A stretch of 64,000 bases of DNA from Mobula hypostoma. Lineage: Eukaryota. The position numbers and the translations under genes are program-made. Within the stretch, counting starts at the first letter, position 1, and each line of letters starts with the position of its first letter. Below, in pieces: positions 35,254 through 46,159 of the stretch. The notes beneath the pieces were generated by a model. That model did no database searches and was not told the DNA's origin. It saw only the letters and a list, made by a program, of their open reading frames with translations. The stretch is taken from positions 177,632,001 through 177,696,000 of the forward strand of contig NC_086097.1 of the NCBI RefSeq assembly GCF_963921235.1, written 5' to 3'.

Positions 35254-37070
35254 CACAAACAAGAGAAAAACTGTAGATACTGGAATTCCGAGCAACACAC
35301 ACAAAATGCTGGAGGAACTCAGTAGGCCAGTCAGCATCTATGGGAAAGAATACAGTTGCCGTTTCAGGCAGAGACCCTTCGGCAGAACTGGAGAAAGAAA
35401 GCTGAGGAGTAGATTTAAAAGGTGGGGGAAGGAGAGAGGGAGGAACACAAAGTGACAGGTGAAACCTGAAGTGGGGGGGGGGGTGTGGATGAAGCAAAGA
35501 ACCGGGAAGTTGATTGGTGAAAGAGACACAGGACTGGAGAAGGGGGAGTCTGATAGAAGAGGACAGAAGGCCACAGAAGAAAGAAAAGGGGGGAGGAGCA
35601 CCAGAGAGAGGTGACAGGCAGGCAAGGAGATAAGGAGTGAGAAAGAAAGGGGTATGGGAAATGGTGAAGGGGGGGGGGCATTACCAGAAGTTTGAGAAAT
35701 TGACGGTCAGGTTGGAGGCTACACAGATGGATTATAAGGTGTTCCTTCAACCTAAGGGTGGCCTCATCACAACAGTGAAGAAGGCCATGGATATACATAT
35801 AGGAATGGGAATGGGAAATGGATTAAAATGGGCACCCACTGGGTGATTCTGCTTTTTCTGGCGCATGGAGCGTAGATGCCCGGCGAAGCGGTTTCCCAAT
35901 CTACGTTGGGTCTCACCAACATACAGGAGGCCACACCAAGAACACCAAACACAGTATATGACCCCAACAGACTCACAGGTGAAGTGTCACCTCACCTGGA
36001 AGGACTGTTTGGGGCCCTGAATGGTAATGAGGGAGGAAGTGTAGGGACAAGTGTAGCACTTGTTCCACTTGCAAGGATAAGTGACAGGAAGGAGATCAGT
36101 GAGGAGGGATGAATGGACAAGGGAGTCGAGTAGGGAGTGATCCCTGTGGAAAGCAGAAAGTTGAGGTTGGGGGGGAGGGAAAGATGTTCTCGGTGGTGGG
36201 ATCCCATTGGAGATGGCGGGAGTTGTGGAGAATTATGTGCTGGATGCAGCAGCTGGTGGAGTGGTAGGTGAGGACAAAAGGAACCCTGTCCCTGGTAGGG
36301 TGGCAGGAGGATGGGGTGAGAGCAGATGTGCGTGAAATGGAGGACATGTAGTTGAAGGCAGCATTGATGGTGGAGGAAGAGAAGCCAGTTTCTTTGAAGA
36401 AAAAGGACAGCTCCTTCGTTCAGGAATGAAAAGCCTCATCATGAGAGCAGATGTGGTAGCGACAGAGGAATGAGAGAAGGGGATGGCATTTTTTACAAGT
36501 AACAGGGTGGGAGTCCAGGTCGCTGTGAGAGTCTGTGGGTTTGTAATAGACATCAGTAGATAAGCTGTCTCCAGAGATAGAGACAGAGAGACCAAGAAAG
36601 GGGAGGGAGGTGTTGGACATGGACTAGGACAATTTGAGTACAGGGTGGAAGTTGGAGCCGAAGTGGGTGAAGTTGACGAGTTCAGCATGGGTGCAGGAAG
36701 CAGCATCAATGCAGTCGTTGATGTAGCGTAGGAAAAGTGTGGGATGGTCACCAGTGTAGGCTTGGAATATAGACTGTTCCATGTAGCCAACAAACAGGCA
36801 GGCATCGCTGGGACCCATGTGAGTGCCCATGGCTATACCTTTTGTTTGAATGAAGTGGGGGGAGCTAAAGGAGAAATTATTTAGAGTGAGGACAAGTTTC
36901 ACTTGGTGGAGGGGAATAGGTTAGGTCTGCTGTCCGGAAAGAAATGGAGAGCTTTGAGGTCTTCCTGATGGTGGGGATGGAAGTGTATGGGGACTGGACA
37001 TCCATGGTAGAAGTAAGATAATAGGGGGAGGGCAGGGAACCTGAAACCATTGAAAAGATCTAGAGCGTGT
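35254..37070 (-). mobile_element. Penelope-like retroelement (RT + GIY-YIG), 5'-truncated, decayed, with 3' pseudo-LTR
   Basis: RT motifs QTKGIAMGTHMGP, FLRYINDC, LPFLGLSV, TDVYYKPTDSH; GIY-YIG GVIYCVWCSWCGLLYVGETQRRLGNRF (~35880-35970); terminal segment ...GAGTTCCTCCAGCATTTTGTGTGTGTTGC shared with other copies in the window. Confidence 0.92.
35353..35390 (-). ncRNA. Minimal type I hammerhead ribozyme relic in Penelope terminus
   Basis: Minus strand CAGTT-CTGCCGA-A-GGGTCTCTGCCT-GAAAC-GGC-AACTG: stem I CAGTT/AACTG, stem II, GAAAC intact; core CUGANGA and cleavage GUC each carry one substitution. Confidence 0.7.
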
Positions 37071-37299
37071 GATTACCAATTATCTTCTGCAGCTTCATGC
37101 CTCATATAACATCATATTTAGACCGTATCAGTTGCAGGCAACTCATTAACTCTGTGTGACATGTCAAAATCGGAGCACTTAACATTAATTTGCGAGAGGA
37201 TAGCTTTTGGGATATTAAAAGGGTCACATCTGAGAGCTTAAATTGCCTTAATCCAGCTATAATGAAATTTGTTTTTAATCCAGTGTTCGCTGAAACCTT

Positions 37300-37520
37300 A
37301 TCCTCTGAAGCTTTGCGTTTGTACCTTCTGCCATTATAACGTTTCATCTCTCGGAACAAAGCGCGCAAGAGGCGGGTGGTTAGTTAGTGTGAGGCGCTGC
37401 CTCCTCTCCGTTTTCCAGGCCGTGACTGGATAGACTCGAACGTGGGAGAGGCCTATGGTGCTGATTGGCCTGCAGCAGATGTGTGGCCGGGATCTGCTCG
37501 CCTTTGTCGGAGCGACGAGC
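37300..37520 (+). promoter_or_regulatory. Probable CpG-rich promoter of CHST9
   Basis: Most conspicuous non-repeat CpG-rich segment in the window: GCGCGC 37361, GC-box-like GAGGCGGGTGG 37369-37379, inverted NF-Y box CTGATTGGCC 37461-37470; followed by a strong splice donor at 37704. Confidence 0.6.
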
Positions 37521-37703
37521 TGCTATACAGCAGCCACACTGGAGGTGATATATCCCCCACCCCCTGAACAACCGAAGTTTCAGTTTCTGGGGGAAAAAAA
37601 GTGGAAGGAGAAGAAAGAGAAGTGGGAAGGTGTTTTAGACATTCATGTATTTACGAAGAGAAGCTGCTCCAGGATTTCGTGCCTTTTAAAGACCCCTGTT
37701 CTG
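37520..37703 (+). other. CHST9: Probable non-coding exon 1 of CHST9 (TSS not defined)
   Basis: Unique sequence downstream of the CCAAT box ending in a consensus donor CTG|GTGAGT (GT at 37704-37705); same strand as and ~20.6 kb upstream of the coding exon. Linkage to CHST9 is inferred. Confidence 0.55.
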
Positions 37704-38124
37704 GTGAGTATTTGCAATCAGTTTCTAACAAAGCAGCTTATCTTTTCTGCCCGGCTCCTCTTAGCGACGTGGAGACTGTATGAACAGACGCTCTCCCTTC
37801 CCGGTTGGGTTGTGTGGAGAGCTGTCGGTGTCAGGAGGAGGGCGGGGGGCTGCTCCTTTGCTCGCCGGAATTTACCCGAGGAGCTCTGTAATTCTGACCC
37901 AATGACACAAGACGGTGCTTGGACCTCAGCTGTGTGTGCAGTGTGGGACCGTTCAACCGGGGTTTCCTCTGCTTACTATTACTTCTTTCCTTCCCAACCA
38001 CTGCTTCCGCTTCTCTCCCCCCAAACCCCAAACACCAACCACCATCCCTCTCCCATCGCACCCCTCCCCCATGCCAGTCCTCAACTTCACTTCCCCTCTG
38101 TCCCTGCTTAATCCCCATGGTACC

Positions 38125-38470
38125 ATATGGAGATGACTTGATAGAGGTGTACAGTATAAGATTATAGGCGTAGAGTGGAGACAGCCAGCGCCTTTTTTCT
38201 CAGGACGACAATGAGTGATTTTTAAAAAAAGGACATCCTTTTAGGGGGAGTAGAAGAAAGTTTAGGGGAGATATCAGACTTTTTTTTAACTTGGCGTGCT
38301 GCGTTCCTGAAACGCACTGCTAGGGATAGCGGTAGAGGCTGATACAATAAGGACATTTAAAAGTTTCTTCGGTAGGCACAAGGATGAAAGAAAAGCGGCT
38401 GTGTAGGAGGTAATTACTGTATTAGATTGATCACAGTAGGTTAAAAGGTTGGCACAGCGTCGTTCGGTGC
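38125..38470 (+). mobile_element. CR1 3' fragment next to the promoter, unusually CpG-rich
   Basis: GDDLIEVYSIR; GGTAGAGGCTGATACAATAAGGACATTTAA. Confidence 0.75.
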
Positions 38471-38474
38471 TAGG

Positions 38475-39018
38475 GAGTTGCAGCTGGAACTGGATGAGGG
38501 CGTGAGAGAAGATCATAGAGAGAGGTAGTTACACCCAAGGTACAGGAAACCGGGTGACAGTCGGGAAGGCAGAAGAGGTTAAGGTGTCAGTGCAAAATAC
38601 CCCTGTGGCCAGCCCCCTCAACAACAGGTATGTCACTTTGGACACTGTTGGTGGGGGGGGGGAGGATGACCTAGCAGAGGAACGTCACTGGGGTCAGGTC
38701 TCTGGCTCTGTGACTCAAGGGAAGGGGTGGAGAAGAGGTGAACGGTGGTGATAGATCATTCGTTTGTTAGTAGAAGGGACAGGAGGTACTGTGGGTGAAA
38801 ACAAGATTCCTGGTTGGTATGTGGCTTCCTGGGTGCCAGGGGCCAGGACATCTTGGCTCGAGTCCTCAGCATTCTCAAGTGGAAGGGTGAACAGCCAAAG
38901 GATGTGATCCATGCAGGTACCAGTAACATTGGTAGGATGAGTGTGGAGGTTCTGCAAAAGGAGTTTGGGGAGTTAGGTGCTAAGTTAAAAGGCAGAACCT
39001 CCAGGGTTGTAATCTGAG
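38475..39018 (+). mobile_element. CR1 ORF1 (esterase) fragment, cut at the hAT junction
   Basis: PLNNRYVTLDTVGG; MVCGFLGARGQDI..GEQPKDVIHAGTSNIG..LKGRTSRVVI; homologous to 18100-18540. Confidence 0.85.
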
Positions 39019-42000
39019 GACATAACAATGTCCAAGCGGTTTCTGTTTTGAGTATGTGGTTCACTGCACTGAAGCCTCTTTCAACAAGGTAGGAGGATGG
39101 AAATGCAATGAAGAGCAGTTTGCTTGTCAAAGACCAGGAACTTTGTGTGACAGTGTTGCCACATACCACAAAAACCAACATTTTTGAACAGCATTTTTGC
39201 TGCTTCATCATTCTGAATTTTGATAATTTCTTCTTGCAAGCTCCCTTCCTGTTCTTCCACCTTGCAAAGAAATGGCTTAATTACAGAGTCCAGAATTTCC
39301 AGATCATTCAAATCCTTGAATCGATTCTGAAAATTTTTCTTCAGTGACTTCAGGTGTAAGCAATACTCTTGCAGATCACTGTTTGTGAAAGAGAGTGCCA
39401 TATTTTCTGTGCAGGGATACTGTGAGAACATATTTTCTCAATGTTTTGCTTATGTATTTCCAATTTTCAGATAAAAGTGGACACTGCTCTTTTTGTCTGG
39501 ATTAAATTGAAATTCTCATCTTGCAGTTTCATATTTAGAATGTTCATTTTGTCATATTGGCCAGGTATGCCACATCTCCGCATAGGTTCAATCTTGTTTC
39601 TCAAGCTTTTGTCGACTGAGCAAAAATTCAACCACAGTGTCAAAAAGATCAAAGAAACATTTTAAGCAGCAGCCAGTACACTTCAGTGTGAAGAAGCAAG
39701 CATTCAAACTCTTCATTGTTATTTTGGTATAACTGGCAAAATATTCTGCTATTTAATGGATGAGCTTTTAATCTTGTTGATAGCAGATATTACAAGAGTC
39801 ATGCTTGAAAAATGTCATGGCTAAGGGTTTTGGCTGCAAGATGTTGACAATGAATTAAACAATGGATTGCAAACAGACTTGGAAATTAATTTTTCATAAG
39901 TGCCACTAAACCAGCATGACATCCTTTCATGTATGGTTCTCCGTCTGTTGCAAAAGGAATCATGTTCCTAATCTGAATACTTTTATCCTCTATATACATT
40001 TTGAGCTCACCAGTGATTGATTTTCCGTTGATTTGATTTTCTCTTTTTGCAAAAAAGAATCTATTCATAAACCTTTCCATTTTTGATAAACCGTACATAT
40101 GCCATTAGCAATGCCTCATTGTCTCACCCAATTGACTCATCCAGTTGTATCCCAAATTCAGTTTTTTGTAGCTCTGTGCATAGTTGATACCAAATGTCTT
40201 CACTCATTTTGTCAATATGATGAGCTATGGAGTTATTACTCAGAGGAATTGATTTTAAAATACTGTATCCATTTTGAGAACAGTGGTGAGCACTTCTGAT
40301 ACAGCAGGCATTACCAATCTTTCACCAATTGTATGAGATTTTCCACTTTGCTATCATTTTGGAAATGTTATAAGAAGCAATGAGAACATGATCAAGGTCA
40401 TTTTTAGCTTTCTTGGCAAATGACTTGAGTGTGCAACACTTTTCAAATGCTTCTTTCATCTTCTGGAACTGAGTACAGGTTTCCCCCACTATCTGAAGGT
40501 AGAGCGTTCCTATGAAATGGGGTTCGTAAGCCAGAATGTCGTAAAGTGAATAAGCAATTACCATTTATTAATATGGGAAAAAATTTTGAGCGTTCCCAGA
40601 CCCAAAAAAAACCTACAAAATCATGCCAAATAACACATAAAACCTAAAATGACAGTAACATATAGTAAAAGCAGGAATGATACGATAAATAAACAAGCTA
40701 TATAAAGTAGAAATACTTTTCCTTGCTGTCTAGCGCAGTGAAAATCTCACGGCAGCACTCTTGGCGCAAGGGCTCTCGGCAGAAACACTCTCTCCAGTAA
40801 CCTTTAAGCTATGAAGCTGCCAAATCATACCAAATAACACATAAAAATACACAGCCTATATAAAGTAGAAATAATGTATGTACAGTAGCCAAACTCACTA
40901 TTGTCGTATTTATTGTTCGAAGCCTTTAAAATCATTCACTGCTTCAGGACACAGTTTCCTCTAAATTCCATTTCTCATCGAGACTGTTAGCCTATCGAGA
41001 GCATCTCCAATGTTGGCAATTGCCAATTTTATATTGTAGTCTTTCCAGATCTCTCGCAAAGAAGCTTTGGAGTTGCCCCCTCTGTCAATGGTACTTACAA
41101 TAAAACGCATCACATTTTGAATATAGTAAGCCTTAATTGTGGCTATTAGGCCTTGGTCACAAGGCTGCAGCAACGATGTCGTATTCGGCGGTAAGGACGC
41201 AACAGCAATGTTACCGCCATACTCGGTAATGGCAGGCAGATGAGCAGCACAATTATCGACAATCACAAGACACCTACTATGGAGGTTATTTTCTCTACAG
41301 TATTTTTCAACAAAAGGACTAACGTATCCACTCGTGTACTCAGAAAAAAGCACTTGGGTATTCCAACCACTTGGATGTGAATGGAACACAACGGGAAGTG
41401 TTTTCTTATCAACACCTTTAAGTGCCCTTGGATTTTCTGAATGGTACACTAGTAGAGGCTTAAGGACAGCATCACCAGTGGCGTTAATAATAGCCATTAG
41501 GGTAAACCTGTCCTTGTGTCCCTTAGCCTGCTTTTCTTCTATTGAAATGAATACCTTGCTCGGCAATTTTTTCCAATAAATTGCAGTTTCATTACAGTTA
41601 AACACTTATACGAATAACCACCTTCTGTAATTATTTTCTTCAGTTCTGCTGGGAACTTTTTGACAGCTTCAGTATCAGCCAAAGCACTCTGTCCGGTAAA
41701 CGTTAAACTATGAAGCTGCCCTCGCCTCAGAAACTGACTAAACCTCCCATGGCTACCTTTAAATTCTGCTTTTGCAACACTTTCATCATCATCGTCCAGT
41801 GCTTCCTGTTTCGGCTTATTAAAAAGACTGACTGATTTCTCCTTAAGTATAAGAAAACTTAACAGAACACCACGCTTTGTACACCCATCAATCCACTCAA
41901 GCAGTAGACTTTCCATTCTATCCATTACTGGATGCCGACTAAGAGAGACCAATTTGCTATGAGCAGAACCAACAGTAACATCAGCAGCTTTCAGAATTCT

Positions 42001-43292
42001 TTCTCTCTGTGTATAAATAGTACGGATGGTGGACACAGGCAAGTTCAACGTGCAGACAATGTCGTTACTTCGTTCACCACGATCGAAACGCTTAGTTATG
42101 TCTAGTTTTACGCTAACACCCTTATGAGCTCTTTTAGGCTTTTCTGATACCTTAGAACTCATCTTGCTAATGGATGCACAAAATAAATAGAGATAAAGCA
42201 TGTATTTAAGCAGTGCCGCCTAGAATGCAGTTCCGGGGGAGGAGCTTGGCTGTTCGGGCGTGCACTGCCTTTTATCGTAACAGTGAAAACACCTTCTGTT
42301 AGCGAAAATGGGTAACTGATGTAGGTCTTTCGTAACAGCGAGGTGTCGTAAAGCAAACATTTGGAAAAAGGGGGCCACCTGTAATACCATAAGTAGCCTT
42401 CTCAGGGTACCTTTTACGGAAGTGTTCCTGCAGTCTTAATGGTTTCATGGCTTCATTAGATAGTACAGTATTACAGATAAGACACATGGGCTTCACTGAT
42501 CTGACAGGAACAGAATAAAACCATACTCTAGATATGCAACACATTGAATTGATGCACTTTCTGTAGTTCCGTTTCTTAGCAGGATTAGAATTCAAGGCTT
42601 CACCACCTTCAGACTCGTAGAGAGCATGCTGTACATATTTATCCATAATTATCTGTACATTATAATTAATGGGGCTAAATTAAAATAAAAATTTAATCAA
42701 AACTTGGAATGCCTATTGGATGTTGACGACGGCATCAAGTTGACATGGATGGAAAAATGGTAGTGGCACACAAAGGAACAGTGAGGGGAAATTACATTAA
42801 CAAGGATTCAGATTGGAATCTGAATGGTAGTCAGGATAGAGCTAGTGTTGGCGTGATTGACTAACCGTCTTTCATCCCAAATTGGCTCTTGACTGCACAT
42901 ATGAAGCCAAGGTAGAGGGTTTGACTTGCCAACTTTCAAATTGCATGAACTTGTTCCATACTGCGAGTCAAGGGGAACTGTTGCTAATTTGGTGCATTCC
43001 CAATAATGTCTGGTTGGTAAGATCAGAAGAAAGTGCCAATTTTCCGACATATTGTGACGATGAGTACTGACTGCCTGCAGAGCTATGGTTCTTCCTGTGT
43101 TACAGTGCCTTATCTTTTTTTTTTGGAAGTGCCTGCTCTACTAACAGTTGGTCAGGTCTTGTGCTTCAAGTCAGGGTTGCTGCTTACCAATTTTTTTTCT
43201 CTCTGCTTTTCTCCTCCTCCCCCCCACACAACATTTTCTACTTCCACTAATGCCCCCTTGGGACACGTAAGGACCCCCGTTGGGAATCACTA
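39019..43292 (-). mobile_element. hAT-Charlie/Buster DNA transposon (ZBED5/SCAND3-type transposase), decayed, 3' end truncated, interrupted by a Tigger
   Basis: BED finger CLICNTVLSNEAMKPLRLQEH (ORF 42299-42646), ASYNISKMIAK..KSHTIGERLVMPA, FATDGEPYMKG, dimerisation motif IAFPSSYLVERGFSAV (~39060-39120). 5' TIR TAGTGATTCCCAACGGGGG ends at 43292 next to the 8-bp Charlie-type target ATCTAGAG (43293-43300). Confidence 0.9.
40476..42381 (-). mobile_element. Tigger (pogo family) DNA transposon nested in the hAT
   Basis: TA at 40474-40475 and 42382-42383; imperfect TIRs CAGGTTTCCCCC / CAGGTGGCCCCC; CENP-B-like HTH region (ORF 41539-42201) and DDE domain (40961-41605: FNCNETAIYWK, IVDNCAAH, LLQPCDQG, D32D spacing); one frameshift near 41605. 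Confidence 0.93.
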
Positions 43293-43428
43293 ATCTAGAG
43301 CCTGTTTGACATTGGTCTGAGTTAGAATGTACACTGCTACCAAAATGATCGCTGAAAAATCCTGCCACTGGTAAAATGGCCGGCACTTAATTGCGAGGTA
43401 TTCTAGGTCTGGTGAGCAATATTGATAC

Positions 43429-45018
43429 GTCAAAATTTCTGTTACTGTGAATAGTTAAGTGAGTAGAAGATGAACTGATCTCCAAAAATCATAAAGTTAA
43501 AGATGAAACATTCTTTTCAACATTTTAAGCAAGATTTGTGTATTATTTCTGTTTTGTACAACCTTAGAGTGAAAAAAAAGGAAAGGAGCACAATGCAAAA
43601 GTTTGGGCACCCCAAGAGATTTGAGCTCTCAGATAACTTTTACCAAGGTCTCAGACTTTAATTAGCTTGTTAGGGCTGTGACTTGTTCACAGTCATCATT
43701 GCGAAAGGCCAGGTGATGCAAATTTCAAAGCTTTAGAAATACCCTAACTCCTCAAACCTTGTCCCAACAATCAGCAGCCATGGGCTCCTCTAAGCAGCTG
43801 CCTAGCACTCTGAAAATTAAAATAAATGATGCCCACAAAGCAGGAGAAGGCTATAAGAAGATAGCAAAGCGTTTTCAGGTAGCCGTTTCCTCAGTCTGTG
43901 TTGTAATTAAGAAACGGCAGTTAACAGGAACAGTGGAGGTCAAGTTGAGGTCTGGAAGACTAAGAAAACTTTCCGAGAGAACTGCTTGTAGGATTGCTAC
44001 AAAGGCAAATCAAAACCCCCGTTTGACTGCAAAAGACCTTCAGGAAGATTTAGCAGACTCTGGAGTGGTGGTGCACTGTTCTACTGTGTAGCAACACTTG
44101 CAGAAATACGACCTTCATGGAAGAGTCATCAGAAGAAAATCTTTCCTGCGTCCTCACCACAAAATTCAGCATCAGAAGTTTGCAAAGGAACATCTAAACA
44201 AACCTGATGCATTTTGGAAACAAGTCCTGTGGACTGATGAAGTTAAAATAGAACTTTTTGGCCACGATGAGCAAAGATATGTTTGGAGAAAAAAGTGTGC
44301 AGAGTTTCATGAAAAGGACACCTTTCCAACTGTTAAGTATGGGGGTGGATCGATCATACTTTGGGCTTGAGTTGCAGCCAGTGGCACGGGGAACATTTCA
44401 CTGGTAGAGGGAAGAATTAATTCAATTAAATACCAGCAAGTTCTGGATGCAAACATCACACTGTCTGTAAAAAAGCTGAAGATGAGAAGAGGATGGCTTC
44501 TACAACAGGATAATGATCCTAAACACACCTCAAAATCCACAGTGGACTACCTCAAGAGGCGCAAGCTGAAGGTTTTGCCATGGCCCTCGCAGTCCCCCAA
44601 CCTAAACATCATCGAAAATCTGTGGATAGACCTCAAAAGAGCAGTGCGTGCAAGACGGCCCAAGAATCTCACAGAACTAGAAGCCTTTTGCAAGGAAGAA
44701 TAGGCGAAAATCCCCCCAAACAAGAATTGAAAGACTCTTAGCTGGCTACAGAAAGCATTTACAAGCTATGATACTTGCCAAAGCTGGTGTTACTAAGTAC
44801 TGACCATCCAGGGTACCCAAACTTTTGCTCCTGGCCCCTTTTTTGTTATTTTGAAACTGTAAAAGATAGAAATAAAAAAGTTATCTTGCTTAAAATATTA
44901 AAGAAATGTGTCATCATTAACTTTATGCCTTTTGGAAATCAGGTCATCTTTTATTTGCTTAGCTATTCACAGTAACAGAAATTTTGACCAGGGGTGCCCA
45001 AACTTTTCCATGCCACTG
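43429..45018 (+). mobile_element. Tc1 DD34E transposon of IR/DR type; transposase pseudogene 43780-44803
   Basis: MGSSKQLP..GEGYKKIAKRF, LWTDEVKIELFG, KYGGGSIILW, QQDNDPKH..WPSQSPNLNIIENLW (34-aa D-E spacing); stops at 44089, 44368, 44701 and one frameshift; right TIR ends ...CCATGCCACTG|TA (45018); inner DRs at ~43594-43613 and ~44809-44829; left TIR lacks its outer ~30 bp. Confidence 0.93.
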
Positions 45019-45335
45019 TAAGGTGAATGCAAGCAGGCTTTTTCCACTGAATGGAACTACAACTGGCAGTCATGGGTTAAGGGTGAAAGGTGAAAATTTT
45101 AAGGGGAACATGACGGGAAGCTTCACTCACAGGGTTGAGAGAATGTGGAATGAACTGCCAGCATAAGTGCACGTGTGCTCGATTTCAGCATTTAAGTGGA
45201 ATTTGGATAGGTACGTTGTGTGTGGAAGGCTATGGTCCTGGTGCAGTTCGATGGGAGTAGGCGGTTTAAATGGTTCAGCAAGAACTAGATGAAGAACCTG
45301 CTTCTGTGCTGTACTTCTCTCTGATTCTATGTTCT
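45019..45335 (+). mobile_element. CR1 3' end starting at the Tc1 target TA
   Basis: TAAGGTGAATGCAAGCAGGCTTTTTCCACTG (KVNASRLFPL), RMWNELPA; homologous to 4270-4600. Confidence 0.85.
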
Positions 45336-45604
45336 ATAACCAATTTCTAGATATCTCACAGTTCCAAAAACACCCGGCGACAGTCCATAACTTGGGTGCT
45401 ATCTGTGTGGAGTTGTTCATTCTCCCTATAACCTCGCGAGTTTACCTTTGGTATACCTGTTTCCTCTGGCAGGTGTGTGGGATGCTGGGTTTGTTGACTG
45501 CTGTAAATTTTCCCCATTATGTGGGTGAAGGGTGCCATCTGGAGAGTTGTGGGGAAGAATAGAAAACAGGATTTTTGTAGAATGATGGTAAATGAATGAA
45601 TGAA

Positions 45605-45810
45605 AATCTGCTGAAGGAACTTAGTAGATCGGGCAACATCTGTGGGAGGAAAGGAATTGTCGATGTTCCAGACTGAAACCCTAACTTTGTGTTTCAGCCC
45701 AAAAGCTCAACAGTCCCTTCCATAACCCCCACCCCCACAGCTGCTGACTGACGCACTGAGTTCTTCCAGCAGATTGTTTGTTACTCCAGTTTGAGCATCT
45801 GCGTTCTCTT
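45605..45810. mobile_element. Second fold-back pair of Penelope termini
   Basis: AATCTGCTGAAGGAACTTAG..CTGAAACCC (45605-45681) is inverted to GTTTCAG..GAGTTCTTCCAGCAGATT (45691-45775). Confidence 0.75.
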
Positions 45811-46159
45811 GTATCTTTATGATGGTTAGCACAGACTAGGTGGGCCAAAGTGTCTGTTTGTGTGCAGAGAAACAGGCACTCTAAGGTAATTCGTAGGGTA
45901 CAGGGGATGGGGGTCACAGCATCTGCAATAAAGCATTAAAGCAATATGAGCTAGGGTGGCAAAAAATAAACTCTGATCTCCAACCTGATTCTATGGGTGA
46001 AACAGTTGCCGGGACATCAGTTTCCTCGGCTTAAAACCAATTAACTATAGAATAGCCCTGCTTCCTGTGCCCCAGTTGCTTCTGAAAGGCAAATCCCATA
46101 CCTTCTGAAACTCCTTGAGGTAAGTGGGGGGGGAGGGGACGGAGAGGTTAAAGGAGTTA

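Noticed and set aside
37455..38111. 218-aa ORF over the CpG-rich region
   Set aside because: No recognisable family; its ATG lies upstream of the CCAAT box and it reads through a strong splice donor. If spliced to 58340 it would enter the uORF frame and stop at 58411, not join CHST9.
39019..43292. Domesticated ZBED5/SCAND3 or TIGD gene
   Set aside because: TIRs/TSDs are present, there are stops or frameshifts, and one element is inserted in the other: these are transposon relics.
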